Origin: a virus
Taxonomy: Duplodnaviria; Caudoviricetes
Virus record (IMG/VR): IMGVR_UViG_3300028591_000103
Coordinates: 87,639 to 151,638 of that record
Length of the DNA stretch: 64,000 bases
Strand: one strand, 5' to 3'
Shown here: in pieces, positions 29,178 to 39,071 of the stretch
Position numbering within the stretch: position 1 is the first letter of the stretch
How the letters are laid out: each line of letters begins with the position of its first letter
Notes under the pieces: generated by a model
Database searches by the model: none
Seen by the model: only the letters and a program-made list of their open reading frames with translations
Told to the model about the DNA's origin: nothing
Program-made: the position numbers and the translations under genes

Positions 29178-29732
29178 ATGTTTGAAGAAATCTATATCTG
29201 GTTGGAATCTTACTCCGGAACATCATATGATTTCGATGAATCCATTCAAGAAATTTCTTCTGATGATGCATTCAATCAACCGTTCGACTGGAGTGTCGGA
29301 ATTGATCTCATCTTAAAACAGTTGGATGATGCTTGCGATGTCATTGATCAGTATTGGAGAGCGATCCCTACAGATCTTCCTGACAAAAACACGATGAAGA
29401 AACTGTTATCTCGAAAGACATTGGAAGGATTGGTTGCAAACATCCGTTCAGTATGTGGGAAGTTAAACATTGATGCTATCCGAATCGATAGTATTGACCA
29501 GTTGAAATTCATTGTCGTTACACTGTCTGAATTGATCGATATGTTGATCAACCATGATCCGGAAGAAATCATGGCAAAAGGATTATTCGATCAACATGAG
29601 GAAGATAACAATGAATCTTTCTATAGACTTCTCAACGTCATGAAAGAAGACGTACCACAGCTTTCGTTCAATGTTCGTGCAATCAGAGATTCCTATCTTG
29701 ATTCATTGAACAATGAAGAAGATTTGTTTTAA
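29178..29732 (+). CDS. hypothetical protein
   Basis: 184-aa acidic ORF with strong RBS. Confidence 0.7.
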   Translation: MFEEIYIWLESYSGTSYDFDESIQEISSDDAFNQPFDWSVGIDLILKQLDDACDVIDQYWRAIPTDLPDKNTMKKLLSRKTLEGLVANIRSVCGKLNIDAIRIDSIDQLKFIVVTLSELIDMLINHDPEEIMAKGLFDQHEEDNNESFYRLLNVMKEDVPQLSFNVRAIRDSYLDSLNNEEDLF

Positions 29733-29804
29733 TTTCGAAATAATAATATTGTTCCGAAATTTAACATTTACTTACATCATTATATTCGTTAGGAGGATAT
29801 TACT

Positions 29805-30380
29805 ATGGCTTTCCAACAAAACTTCAACGGAGGAAACTCCAACCAGACTGGTGATAAGAAGAAGACAAACTTCCCTGTCGGAAGATTGTTTGGTTCCGAT
29901 GCTGTTATGAACATCAGCGTCTGGAATTCTGATTCTGCAGTCTACACAATCCTCTCCATCAAACAAGCAGTCGGAAAGGATCCTTCCACTGGTGCAAATG
30001 TTTACGAACAGAAAGCACCGAATGAACTCCCGCGTGTCTTCCTGAATCCTGAAAATCTCCGTGCATTCATAGAACGTGCAAAGGACATTGATCAGAACAA
30101 CATCAACTTCACACTTCCCCTGAAGAATGGTTCCAAGGCAACAGTTGTAGGTTCCGCAACTGGACAGATCAAGATTACACTTGAAACCGAAAAACAGGGA
30201 AGTCGCACAGTCACATTCGAAGCGATTCCGGTTGGTTCCACAAGCATCAATGCTTCTTGGAAGAATATGATCGCACTCCTCGATGTTGCAATGAAGAAGG
30301 CTCTGTATGCAAAACTCGATCCGGAAGAGTTTGCAACGGCTCTTGGTGCTTCTTCATCTGAAGAGGAGCTTCCGATCTGA
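29805..30380 (+). CDS. putative ssDNA-binding protein
   Basis: Beta-rich core, acidic-hydrophobic C-terminal tip SEEELPI, located in the replication block; AACA-N6-TA at 29763-29774. Confidence 0.4.
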   Translation: MAFQQNFNGGNSNQTGDKKKTNFPVGRLFGSDAVMNISVWNSDSAVYTILSIKQAVGKDPSTGANVYEQKAPNELPRVFLNPENLRAFIERAKDIDQNNINFTLPLKNGSKATVVGSATGQIKITLETEKQGSRTVTFEAIPVGSTSINASWKNMIALLDVAMKKALYAKLDPEEFATALGASSSEEELPI

Positions 30381-30988
30381 TGATTGACTTTTCATACATT
30401 GGACAGGATGCATTTGTCATTCAATACGAAGATCTCATTTCTTTGATCGGAGTAAATGCTGTGAAACTTCTGAACTCCATGGAGGATAAAGAAGAAATCA
30501 CACAAATGACATTGGATTATTTCAATCGAACGAAGTATGATATCCCGACATTCATTCAAGAGAAAACCGGAAAGTTTATATCGATGGAAGATCTATATAA
30601 ATCCGGAATCGCTTGTCAATTCAATTTGGCATATGCATTCAAAATGATGCAAGCTGCCGCACAGAATGGTTTGTCGAAATTATATGTTCATTCGAATATG
30701 TATTCTCCAATCATTGAAAAGCTCATCGGATTTCTGGAAATACCAACAAATTATGTGCACGGGGATATACTCCCCGTGTTACATAATTTACCCAATTGCA
30801 CATATACAACCTCCAATCCAGAAAACATCCGAAGATGCATGGAAGCAGATGTTCCATTCGCATTGACCATTGTGGATGATTTTCAATATCTCGCTCCAAT
30901 CGTAATGGATGATAAATTTATCAACAAATTACGTGATAAGAATATTTATGTCCAATTCACCGGTGTGATATCAGCCGGGTTCATTTGA
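30380..30988 (+). CDS. hypothetical core protein (possible degenerate HAD-like fold)
   Basis: FVIQYEDLI and LYVHSN strand pattern; lies between DNA polymerase and RNAP. Confidence 0.45.
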   Translation: MIDFSYIGQDAFVIQYEDLISLIGVNAVKLLNSMEDKEEITQMTLDYFNRTKYDIPTFIQEKTGKFISMEDLYKSGIACQFNLAYAFKMMQAAAQNGLSKLYVHSNMYSPIIEKLIGFLEIPTNYVHGDILPVLHNLPNCTYTTSNPENIRRCMEADVPFALTIVDDFQYLAPIVMDDKFINKLRDKNIYVQFTGVISAGFI

Positions 30989-32649
30989 TATCAATCGCAT
31001 TACAAGGGAGGCCAAACAGCGTGAAGGAACCAGTCAACAAGACCCTGTTATATTTATACGATCCGAATGCAGAGTATACGTATAACGCAAACCACGGTAC
31101 GGAATATCCGTATAACGGATTCCCTACAGGACAATATGGCAGAAAATATAAAAAGACCCGATTCATTAATTGGGAACCGATTCCAGAAGACATTATCATC
31201 CGTCATGCAGGTTCACAAATCTTTGTGAATTTCTCTGCGCTGTTTCCGGATGATGTTACGGATCCGGCTATCCAATTATTCCAAATGCGAACTCGTAGAT
31301 TGGATTTACAGAATCTGATTTGCGAACAAATCAATTTCTTCACGGCATTATATGATGAAGATAACGATCTGATTACATCAATGCTGATTGCGAAGTTTAT
31401 GACTGATTCACAAACATATACAATCGTCACGTTTGATGAATATCAGAAACAGTTATTCGACATCTTATTCCCAGAAAGAACAATTGAGAAGATCAAGAAG
31501 ATGGTAGAAGAGAATGATGTTGGTGATGATGTTACAGGCTTATTCCCAGAGGATATGCCACGCGATATTTTCATCGTGTCATTCATGATCAAGGTGATGC
31601 ATATTTTCATTGAACATTTCATCATTTCTACAGGAAATTCTCCAAAGGATTTGTATGAACTGTTTGCTGTTGCATTTACCAATGTCATGAATCATATCAA
31701 TCCAAACATCTACGTGTTGTTGTATGATTATGTCTACAACAGCGTCGTACAATCCTGCTCATCCAATGCGAACATTTATGACATGCAGGCAATCGATGGT
31801 GTCACAATCCCGACAACCACACAGTTTGTGATGCGGAAATCATTACTTTGTGATGGTTTGATCAAGCTGACATTTGCTTCTGCATGGGATAAAATCAACA
31901 AACGTCCGACATACTCCTGTGTTGGATTGATCAAAGCGATTATCACACAAGCATCTTTCGTAACCAGAAAGGTTCAGTTGAGATATTCATTGGTCAATGT
32001 GGATGATGTTTCTCAATTACTGTCAGATCAGATATCAAATAACTCTCCGATTTCAATGGTTCGTTCATTCAATCCTGGAGAGTATTCTTGTATGTATAAA
32101 GATTTGACAATCATCATCGCACATATTGCATTGGAAGTCGATTTGTCTCCGGTTGATTTCTATCTGAATCATCTGACTCAAATGAACGATCTTTCCAAGA
32201 TTCTCATCGAATCTGTCTTATATAATAAATTCCATTCTTCTATTTCGATCAATACATTGTCTATGAAACAGAAGTACATTCTTCTGTTGTATGTCAGAAG
32301 TTTGATTATGAAAATATATAATCTTTCTGAAGAAGACACAAAATGCAATGAATTGATCAATATGTTGACAGCTCGAACAGTAACACATACAACAAAAACA
32401 TTGACGACGAAGGATTTGAATTCCATCAAGAAATATGTCAAACTGAATAACTTGAAAGAGTTCCTGCTTTCAGAAAAGAATGTCAATATCTTTGTTGAAT
32501 CCATCATGCATTCTGTGTTGTCATCATACACAGTGGTGAATCATAATGATCCGAATCTGTTAGATACACCGTTACAGTATGATGCCAATACAATGACATT
32601 GAATCTGCTGGATATGTGTGTATCTCTGTTTGATTACATTGCGCATTAA
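30985..32649 (+). CDS. 554-aa protein at the chimallin (nuclear shell) syntenic position
   Basis: Helical-looking ORF immediately upstream of RNAP beta'; the functional call rests on synteny only. Confidence 0.4.
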   Translation: MISIALQGRPNSVKEPVNKTLLYLYDPNAEYTYNANHGTEYPYNGFPTGQYGRKYKKTRFINWEPIPEDIIIRHAGSQIFVNFSALFPDDVTDPAIQLFQMRTRRLDLQNLICEQINFFTALYDEDNDLITSMLIAKFMTDSQTYTIVTFDEYQKQLFDILFPERTIEKIKKMVEENDVGDDVTGLFPEDMPRDIFIVSFMIKVMHIFIEHFIISTGNSPKDLYELFAVAFTNVMNHINPNIYVLLYDYVYNSVVQSCSSNANIYDMQAIDGVTIPTTTQFVMRKSLLCDGLIKLTFASAWDKINKRPTYSCVGLIKAIITQASFVTRKVQLRYSLVNVDDVSQLLSDQISNNSPISMVRSFNPGEYSCMYKDLTIIIAHIALEVDLSPVDFYLNHLTQMNDLSKILIESVLYNKFHSSISINTLSMKQKYILLLYVRSLIMKIYNLSEEDTKCNELINMLTARTVTHTTKTLTTKDLNSIKKYVKLNNLKEFLLSEKNVNIFVESIMHSVLSSYTVVNHNDPNLLDTPLQYDANTMTLNLLDMCVSLFDYIAH

Positions 32650-32674
32650 TATATAAATAGAAAGGAATTAAGAG

Positions 32675-34057
32675 ATGAAAGCCGAACGTATTAATCTGGA
32701 AACGGAATTCCTTACAGATATGACAACACACAATGGATTCCGTATCGAGAAAGAAGACCATTATGCACCGACAAACGTCGATGCATTAGTGGATTCTTCT
32801 AAGTTCACGGATTGTGAATACAGATGTGATTGTGGTGCATTCATTGGCCAAGATCTGATTGGTCAGGTTTGTCCCAGATGTAAATCGGAAATCTCTCTGC
32901 ATTCACTAAACTTTGCATATACTGGATGGATTGATTTGAAAGGACACAAGGTCATTTCTCCGGTATACTATATTATTCTGAAACGTGTTCTCGGAACGAA
33001 TGTACTTCGTATGATTCTGGGTGATTATAAATGCAAACAGAACATCAAGTACAATGAGAACGATAAAGGAATTGAAGAAGAAAAGAAACAGAAACGTGCA
33101 GGAAGAGTTTCGCAGGATGATATCCGTTATATTCTGAAGAAGGTTCCGAAAACTAAACACTGTTACCAGGGCATTGGTCACGATCAATTCTATGAGAGAT
33201 TTGAAGAGATCATTGCTGCATGTGCTCCAAAGAATAATCCGGAAGTTGATATTCTTTTGAAGAATAAAGAAGCTGTATTCACTTCATATATTCCCTTATA
33301 TTCAACAGCATTCCGCCCTGTATCCAAAACATCAGAAACCAAGTTCTATCCAAAAATCAATAAATGGTTTGCAATGATGGTTTCTGTTGCATGCAGAATG
33401 GAAAACATGGTTCTGGATATTGAAAAGATTCAGGCATTGAATTACATTCAGAAATGCTGGTTAGATGCTGTTGAACATGTCATCAAGAATGAAATGTCTA
33501 AGAAAGAAGGATTCGTTCGTTCAGAGATTGTTGGTGGTTCTTTCACATTCTCTGGACGTGCTGTTATTACTTTGGATATTTCATTGGATGTTGATGAGGT
33601 TGATTTACCATACTCCATGGTCATCACCGCATATCAATATCGTCTGACATATATGCTTGCGACTCGTTATAATATGACATTGGAGCAGGCATATCTGTTT
33701 GTCAATACATATGAAAAGAATGACATCATCATTTCATTGTTGGATGAAATCATGGCAGAAGGGCAATGGGTAATGTATTTACGTGAGCCGACAAACAATC
33801 TTGCGTCGATTGTATTGGCAAAAATCCGTCGATATAAGATCGGTGATGACACAATGTCTGTACCTCTCGAAGTTTTGCAAGCATTGAACGCAGACTTCGA
33901 TGGTGATGCATTAGACATTCTCTTCTTGATGGACAAGAATCTCGTAGAACGATTTGGTGCATTCCATTATTCATGTCTGTCAGACCGTGTCAATGAAACC
34001 GTTAAATTGGATTTGTTAGCATGGTCTGCAGTTGCAATGGGACGTATGACAGAATGA
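32675..34057 (+). CDS. phage RNA polymerase beta' N-terminal subunit (non-virion type)
   Basis: Zn site CDCG..CPRC, GWIDL, FSGRAVI, REPT and catalytic NADFDGD. Confidence 0.9.
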   Translation: MKAERINLETEFLTDMTTHNGFRIEKEDHYAPTNVDALVDSSKFTDCEYRCDCGAFIGQDLIGQVCPRCKSEISLHSLNFAYTGWIDLKGHKVISPVYYIILKRVLGTNVLRMILGDYKCKQNIKYNENDKGIEEEKKQKRAGRVSQDDIRYILKKVPKTKHCYQGIGHDQFYERFEEIIAACAPKNNPEVDILLKNKEAVFTSYIPLYSTAFRPVSKTSETKFYPKINKWFAMMVSVACRMENMVLDIEKIQALNYIQKCWLDAVEHVIKNEMSKKEGFVRSEIVGGSFTFSGRAVITLDISLDVDEVDLPYSMVITAYQYRLTYMLATRYNMTLEQAYLFVNTYEKNDIIISLLDEIMAEGQWVMYLREPTNNLASIVLAKIRRYKIGDDTMSVPLEVLQALNADFDGDALDILFLMDKNLVERFGAFHYSCLSDRVNETVKLDLLAWSAVAMGRMTE

Positions 34058-34064
34058 TTAGAAT

Positions 34065-34100
34065 ATGGCGGGGCAATGCCCCGCCATTCTATTCTTTTTT
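34065..34100 (+). terminator. intrinsic terminator
   Basis: atggcggggc-aat-gccccgccat followed by a T run. Confidence 0.8.
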
Positions 34101-34101
34101 C

Positions 34102-34254
34102 AATATGAAGAGCCGCGGGAAGACTTTTTACAAGGAGGCCTACGGCACAGTGAAACACTCAAGTTTAGGAGGCATGAGTAATATTGGTCACTTCGAATCG
34201 GGGGAGCTAATCCCGATCTATTCACAACGGCAAGAAACCGCGGCTCTTCATATT
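34102..34254 (+). ncRNA. candidate structured ncRNA closed by a 17-bp perfect stem
   Basis: aatatgaagagccgcgg ... ccgcggctcttcatatt with internal hairpins. Confidence 0.5.
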
Positions 34255-34300
34255 ACTAATTTTGTGTACATATATAATTTATTCGAAAGGAGTGATTCTT

Positions 34301-34723
34301 ATGTTGGAAAATGCAGAAAATGCCCAACAAGTTTTACACGGTCCCTTCGATCCGGAGGTACACAAAAAGACTTTCATGGACTATCTGGAAGTCATTATCA
34401 AAAATGATGGAACCATCGAATATGCTGTCCCATCTCATCAGGAAAAACTGATCGCATTGATGGATATGCCGAGAGAAGAGGTATATCAAATGTACGGTCA
34501 AAATTTTCTTGGATTCACGCCAATACAATGGCTGTGTTTCAAAACAAAAGCGATATCTGTATGGGATACATATTATGAAGGTGAAGCCAATGAGCTTCAG
34601 AAAGAAGCATTGAGAATGCTAAAAACAGAAGGATTATATAAAGGAGCGATTGATCATGAAGGTATTCATTTCACAACCGATGGCGGGATTGACGGATGCA
34701 CAGATTATGCAACGTCGTACTGA
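34301..34723 (+). CDS. hypothetical protein
   Basis: RBS GAAAGGAGTG; YLEVII..DGTIEYAVPSHQEKL. Confidence 0.7.
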   Translation: MLENAENAQQVLHGPFDPEVHKKTFMDYLEVIIKNDGTIEYAVPSHQEKLIALMDMPREEVYQMYGQNFLGFTPIQWLCFKTKAISVWDTYYEGEANELQKEALRMLKTEGLYKGAIDHEGIHFTTDGGIDGCTDYATSY

Positions 34724-35033
34724 ACTGATTTCTTTGATAAAGAATTGGTTTAAAGATGAGGACATTGAAGTCATTGACTCATTTACAAAATCAGAAGAAA
34801 TCAAGGGCCGTGGTAGAATTGCGATGTTAGGAGATTCCATTGCATTGATGCGGGATGCGGAAATGGTAATCTTTGCAAAAGGATGGGAGAAATCCCCGGG
34901 ATGTAATGTAGAGCATGAGGTATGCGTCCAATACAAAATTCGTAGAATGTACGAAACTGTGATGGAGAATGAGAACAAACCTCCAAAAATGAAAAATGAG
35001 GATACTTCTGAGAAACATATTTTCTGGAGGTAA
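34656..35033 (+). CDS. DUF4406 / nucleoside deoxyribosyltransferase-like protein
   Basis: KVFISQPMAG...SIALMRDAEMVIFAKGWEKSPGCNVEH. Confidence 0.7.
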   Translation: MKVFISQPMAGLTDAQIMQRRTELISLIKNWFKDEDIEVIDSFTKSEEIKGRGRIAMLGDSIALMRDAEMVIFAKGWEKSPGCNVEHEVCVQYKIRRMYETVMENENKPPKMKNEDTSEKHIFWR

Positions 35034-35038
35034 GTATC

Positions 35039-36094
35039 ATGTATGCATTCATTGGAGATTTGCACATCGGTGTCAAATTACCAAAAATCGACTTTATCAA
35101 ATCAATGACAGATTTTCTCGGAATCATCCGGAATCACAAAGAGGAATGTCACGCAATTTTTGTATGCGGCGACTTCTTTGACAGACGTTTATCGACAGAA
35201 GAATTGAAATTTGCGTCAGAGATGATGTTGTGTCTGGTTTGTAATGAATGTGGTAGAAATGGAAGAACACATGTTCCGGTATATTTCATTCATGGAACTT
35301 ACACACATGATCAGGGGCAATATGATATCTTCTTACCAATGTTGCAGAAGCTTGATAATGTGGAAATATTCTATATCGAAAATGCTTGTGAATTAACATT
35401 GGTTGATGGTAGGAGAGCTTTGTTCTTACCACAGGAATATGGAGATATATCATACGATAAATTCTTCAAAGATAAACATTACGACATTATCGTCGGGCAC
35501 GGTCCTATTGCATCCAATACAAAGAATCCATGTAAGTCTGCAAAGTATGAGATCGTTCATTCAGCAGAGTTATTAGGAGACATTTCTGAGATATGTGTGT
35601 TCGGTCATTATCACGGATATACGGATTTCGGAAATAATGTATTCTATACTGGACCGTGGTTACAATGGAAATATGGTGAAGATACACCGAAAGTATTCTT
35701 CTTTTGTGATGACGAGTTCAAAGTATTCACAAAGCCAAATCAGAATGCAATGGAATTTAAAACCGTTGAAATTCAAAATCCGGAGCAGCTGCGTGAGTAC
35801 ATGTCACAAGAAATCGAGACACCTCATCGATTTGTAATTAATTCATTGCCGGAGAACATGGATGTTTATCGAGGCATCATTAATGCAAATAAATCTTCCT
35901 TGGTGAAATTCCAATTGGAAGAGATCGTTGATGAAGATGATTTGCAATTAACGGTCGATGAAGTGCTGGATGCACAAGTCGAGGCATCGCAGCCAATTCC
36001 CGCATTGGTTACATACATCAAAGACAAGTACGGTGTTGACGCAGAGGAACAGTTACATGATTATGAGACGCAAATTAATAAGGAGGTAAATTAA
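35039..36094 (+). CDS. sbcD: SbcD/Mre11-like nuclease (metallophosphoesterase)
   Basis: GDLHIG, GDFFD, GTYTHD, VGHG, GHYH, YTG motifs. Confidence 0.85.
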   Translation: MYAFIGDLHIGVKLPKIDFIKSMTDFLGIIRNHKEECHAIFVCGDFFDRRLSTEELKFASEMMLCLVCNECGRNGRTHVPVYFIHGTYTHDQGQYDIFLPMLQKLDNVEIFYIENACELTLVDGRRALFLPQEYGDISYDKFFKDKHYDIIVGHGPIASNTKNPCKSAKYEIVHSAELLGDISEICVFGHYHGYTDFGNNVFYTGPWLQWKYGEDTPKVFFFCDDEFKVFTKPNQNAMEFKTVEIQNPEQLREYMSQEIETPHRFVINSLPENMDVYRGIINANKSSLVKFQLEEIVDEDDLQLTVDEVLDAQVEASQPIPALVTYIKDKYGVDAEEQLHDYETQINKEVN

Positions 36095-36095
36095 T

Positions 36096-36659
36096 ATGAA
36101 AACCGAGATGGTATTTTTCGATGAGAAACGTATGGCACATGTTGTATTCGATCATGTTGCATTTGCAATTTTAAATTCTTTTAAACAATATACCGGTGAG
36201 TATATGAATATGGCATTGATCTTCAATAATGTAGATCATATCGATCCGAGAGAGTTTGACTATGAGGACTACAGCATGGTCGAGTTTGTTCAGTTGAATG
36301 GCTATGTCAGAAAAGAAACCGATAAACATGTCAGACAACAGCAATTCTGTGGTATTGCTCTTTTAGAGCATGATACAGATGAGAAGTGTAAGATCGTTGT
36401 CGAAATCCCGGGGAACAATATCAGATATACAATCAATATTGAACGGAGACATGGCGACGATGATATTCATGATACTTTAGTAGCATCTATGGCAGCTGAT
36501 CGAATCTTCATAACAAATATTGAAGAACTTTTGGAAGAAGAACCCATTAAGTATTATGGACAAATCATTTCAGATGCTGTTGCTGAAATTGTGGAACATC
36601 AGTCTCTTGCAAGAATTATCGATGAAGACGGACGTCAGATGTTTGAGTATCGTCTTTGA
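36096..36659 (+). CDS. hypothetical protein (paralog of 37250-37852)
   Basis: RBS AAGGAGG; similar N-terminal helix. Confidence 0.7.
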   Translation: MKTEMVFFDEKRMAHVVFDHVAFAILNSFKQYTGEYMNMALIFNNVDHIDPREFDYEDYSMVEFVQLNGYVRKETDKHVRQQQFCGIALLEHDTDEKCKIVVEIPGNNIRYTINIERRHGDDDIHDTLVASMAADRIFITNIEELLEEEPIKYYGQIISDAVAEIVEHQSLARIIDEDGRQMFEYRL

Positions 36660-36673
36660 TAAAACGATGAGTA

Positions 36674-36699
36674 ATAAGGTGGGCATATGCCCACCTTAT
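36674..36699 (+). terminator. hairpin
   Basis: ataaggtgggc-atat-gcccaccttat. Confidence 0.6.
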
Positions 36700-36726
36700 A
36701 CATATTTATTTTGAGGAGGTTTTTTT

Positions 36727-37245
36727 ATGAAAACTTATTTCCAATCGTTGAATGTCGCACGCAATCAAACATATCAGGAGATTATTCACGCGTGTTACAA
36801 CGCGATCAAACAGTCCATTGATGATAAGACTGAGATTCGTATGGAGTTTGCTGAAATCGAAAATGATATGAACGGTAAATCAGAAGTTTGTCTTCTTTCC
36901 ACAGAAACAAAGGGAAAGCATGTTTCTGATGCGAAGCCGCATTTCACGATTTATAATATGATCGAGCATGATGTCGTGCGTGTCATGATGCAATGCTGTG
37001 AAACAATCGATGGTCCTGCTATCGTAGATTTCATTGTACGACATGATGAAGAAACCGGTTCTATCAATTATGAATTTGCACCAATTGTTCAACCAATCAT
37101 TGAAAAAGATCCAACATTGATGATGCCGTTCAATTATATACTCGGCTACATCGGTGGGGCACTCAAAGCATTTTCAGAATTTTCAATTCCTGAAAAGATT
37201 GATCCCACTGAAAATGGTGATGATGGAACTGAAAGCGAGGTTTAA
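36727..37245 (+). CDS. hypothetical protein
   Basis: RBS GAGGAGG, 172 aa. Confidence 0.7.
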   Translation: MKTYFQSLNVARNQTYQEIIHACYNAIKQSIDDKTEIRMEFAEIENDMNGKSEVCLLSTETKGKHVSDAKPHFTIYNMIEHDVVRVMMQCCETIDGPAIVDFIVRHDEETGSINYEFAPIVQPIIEKDPTLMMPFNYILGYIGGALKAFSEFSIPEKIDPTENGDDGTESEV

Positions 37246-37249
37246 TCAT

Positions 37250-37852
37250 ATGGAAAATAAACTGATACTCGGATTTGTAACGATGGAGTCACTTGCAAGA
37301 TTCATCTTTTCAAAAGTGTCATTTGCTTTGATCAATCGTTACAGTGATTTACGAACCGGACTCAATGTCGTGAAAGCGATCGGCTATGGTCAATCAACAC
37401 AAGCTGATGACTATGATAAACATCCATGGTACATCGAAGATGCTATGTCAATTTATACTGGACCTGGACCCGCAGAACAAGATGAACTCAATGCACTTGT
37501 TGCGCTAAAACATAACTCAGAAATATTGAACACAGATTCACGAATGATACAGAAAACCGCAGTGTATCATATCACAACAGTGTTATCAGATGCACATACA
37601 CATGTCATTATCATAGTTCGATATCCAAAACAGATTGACGGGTTGACCGGACTTGATGAAGTCATTACAGATAAAGGTTTTGATGTCACGATGGATGTTG
37701 TTGATGAACATGGGGATCATATCGAACCAGACAATGTTCCGAAAGAACTTCATGACGATGTGATTTGTATTGCTGAAGTCGCACATGAAATCAGATCAAC
37801 ACTTAGGAATGCTGTAGAAAAGGATTTGAACGATGGATCAAAAAGCAATTGA
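37250..37852 (+). CDS. hypothetical protein
   Basis: Start MENKLILG after GAGG. Confidence 0.7.
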   Translation: MENKLILGFVTMESLARFIFSKVSFALINRYSDLRTGLNVVKAIGYGQSTQADDYDKHPWYIEDAMSIYTGPGPAEQDELNALVALKHNSEILNTDSRMIQKTAVYHITTVLSDAHTHVIIIVRYPKQIDGLTGLDEVITDKGFDVTMDVVDEHGDHIEPDNVPKELHDDVICIAEVAHEIRSTLRNAVEKDLNDGSKSN

Positions 37853-38135
37853 TGAAGCGTATGCAAATGTGGTAGAAAAGGAACTGATTCCTGGTGTCAA
37901 AGTAAAAATGACACATGCCAAGATGACATTTGCCCCATATGGTTTTCCACGGGAAATCATCTTATGCGGGAGATTGATTGATGTTTTGCATGCCGCAAAG
38001 ATGAGTGTCGAAGAACGTTCAAAATACATGGAAATATCATATGGATGTAATCTAGAATGGTGGTGTGGCGTCTCGCAGGATTACATCATGGCATTGCCAA
38101 AACCGAGAGGAAGTAGCGAAAATGAAAGGAGATAA
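37833..38135 (+). CDS. hypothetical protein
   Basis: Tightly packed + strand ORF with RBS. Confidence 0.6.
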   Translation: MDQKAIDEAYANVVEKELIPGVKVKMTHAKMTFAPYGFPREIILCGRLIDVLHAAKMSVEERSKYMEISYGCNLEWWCGVSQDYIMALPKPRGSSENERR

Positions 38136-38140
38136 ACAAC

Positions 38141-38680
38141 ATGATTGAGGTTGATGGATTCCGTCTGAATGGTGGTTGTGATTTCAATAATACAACAAAA
38201 CGAGATACCCCGTTTCCAAACTCGTCATCAACACCGGTTTCAATTAAAAAACTCTGTGATGATCCAAACGATCCAAACTATTGGAAAGAAAACATCACAA
38301 CAAATGAAGACCGCGGCATCAAAGTCCCGATTACTCAACCAGGAATTCCATTGTCGGAATTTGCTGAACGGTTGATCGCTCTTGAACAAGAGAATGTTGT
38401 ACTTCGGGAAGGAATTGAACAGCTTGAAGCCGAAGTCGCGAAACTCAAGATTCTTGTACAACTTGCAATAGGATTGGGTGGCAGCGCAATGTTTGTTTTA
38501 CACAATGATTCCGAACGTTGGAACGGATTGTGCAAATATATGGCACATATGGGTCTCGACAATAATACTGCATTCGAGATCAATGGTGACGGTGTTATCG
38601 TTCGCCGTGACGGAAAGGAGATTCCTGAATGTTCGTTAAAGAATACAGACGAGCCTTCTCCCACGAATGGAGTATCATGA
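38141..38680 (+). CDS. hypothetical coiled-coil protein
   Basis: Heptads LIALEQENVVLREGIEQLEAEVAKL. Confidence 0.65.
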   Translation: MIEVDGFRLNGGCDFNNTTKRDTPFPNSSSTPVSIKKLCDDPNDPNYWKENITTNEDRGIKVPITQPGIPLSEFAERLIALEQENVVLREGIEQLEAEVAKLKILVQLAIGLGGSAMFVLHNDSERWNGLCKYMAHMGLDNNTAFEINGDGVIVRRDGKEIPECSLKNTDEPSPTNGVS

Positions 38681-39057
38681 TTAATCGTCAACTAGATATT
38701 CCCAGGAAGGTGCATGAGATATTCGTTTTAGGACCCAAGACGCCTCATGAAATATGGGGTGCTACCAGTGAGGATGCTCGTAAAGATCTTCATGAACAAG
38801 ATAGTCTTGTGACTGATGTTGAAATGAAATTTCTGATGGATGTGCAGTATTCACGCCTTGAATACTGTATCAGGGTTACTGTTAACGCATCATTCATGCC
38901 GGAATCAACTGATGAGATCTGTCAGAAATATTTTGAAGACCGCTGGAATCATATTCGGAAGGTATTTGGTAATGTCACTGATGACGAAGCTCTGGAGATC
39001 GCTCATCACATCGAGAAAGAATATCTCGGAATGCCTGGTGACAGCTGGCATCTATAA
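38677..39057 (+). CDS. hypothetical protein
   Basis: ATGA overlap with the upstream stop. Confidence 0.6.
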   Translation: MINRQLDIPRKVHEIFVLGPKTPHEIWGATSEDARKDLHEQDSLVTDVEMKFLMDVQYSRLEYCIRVTVNASFMPESTDEICQKYFEDRWNHIRKVFGNVTDDEALEIAHHIEKEYLGMPGDSWHL

Positions 39058-39071
39058 AGGAGGAATATTGT

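Noticed and set aside
34021-34407. 128-aa ORF spanning the terminator and the ncRNA candidate
   Set aside because: Crosses a terminator and overlaps two better-supported genes; an internal GGAGG-ATG start cannot be fully excluded
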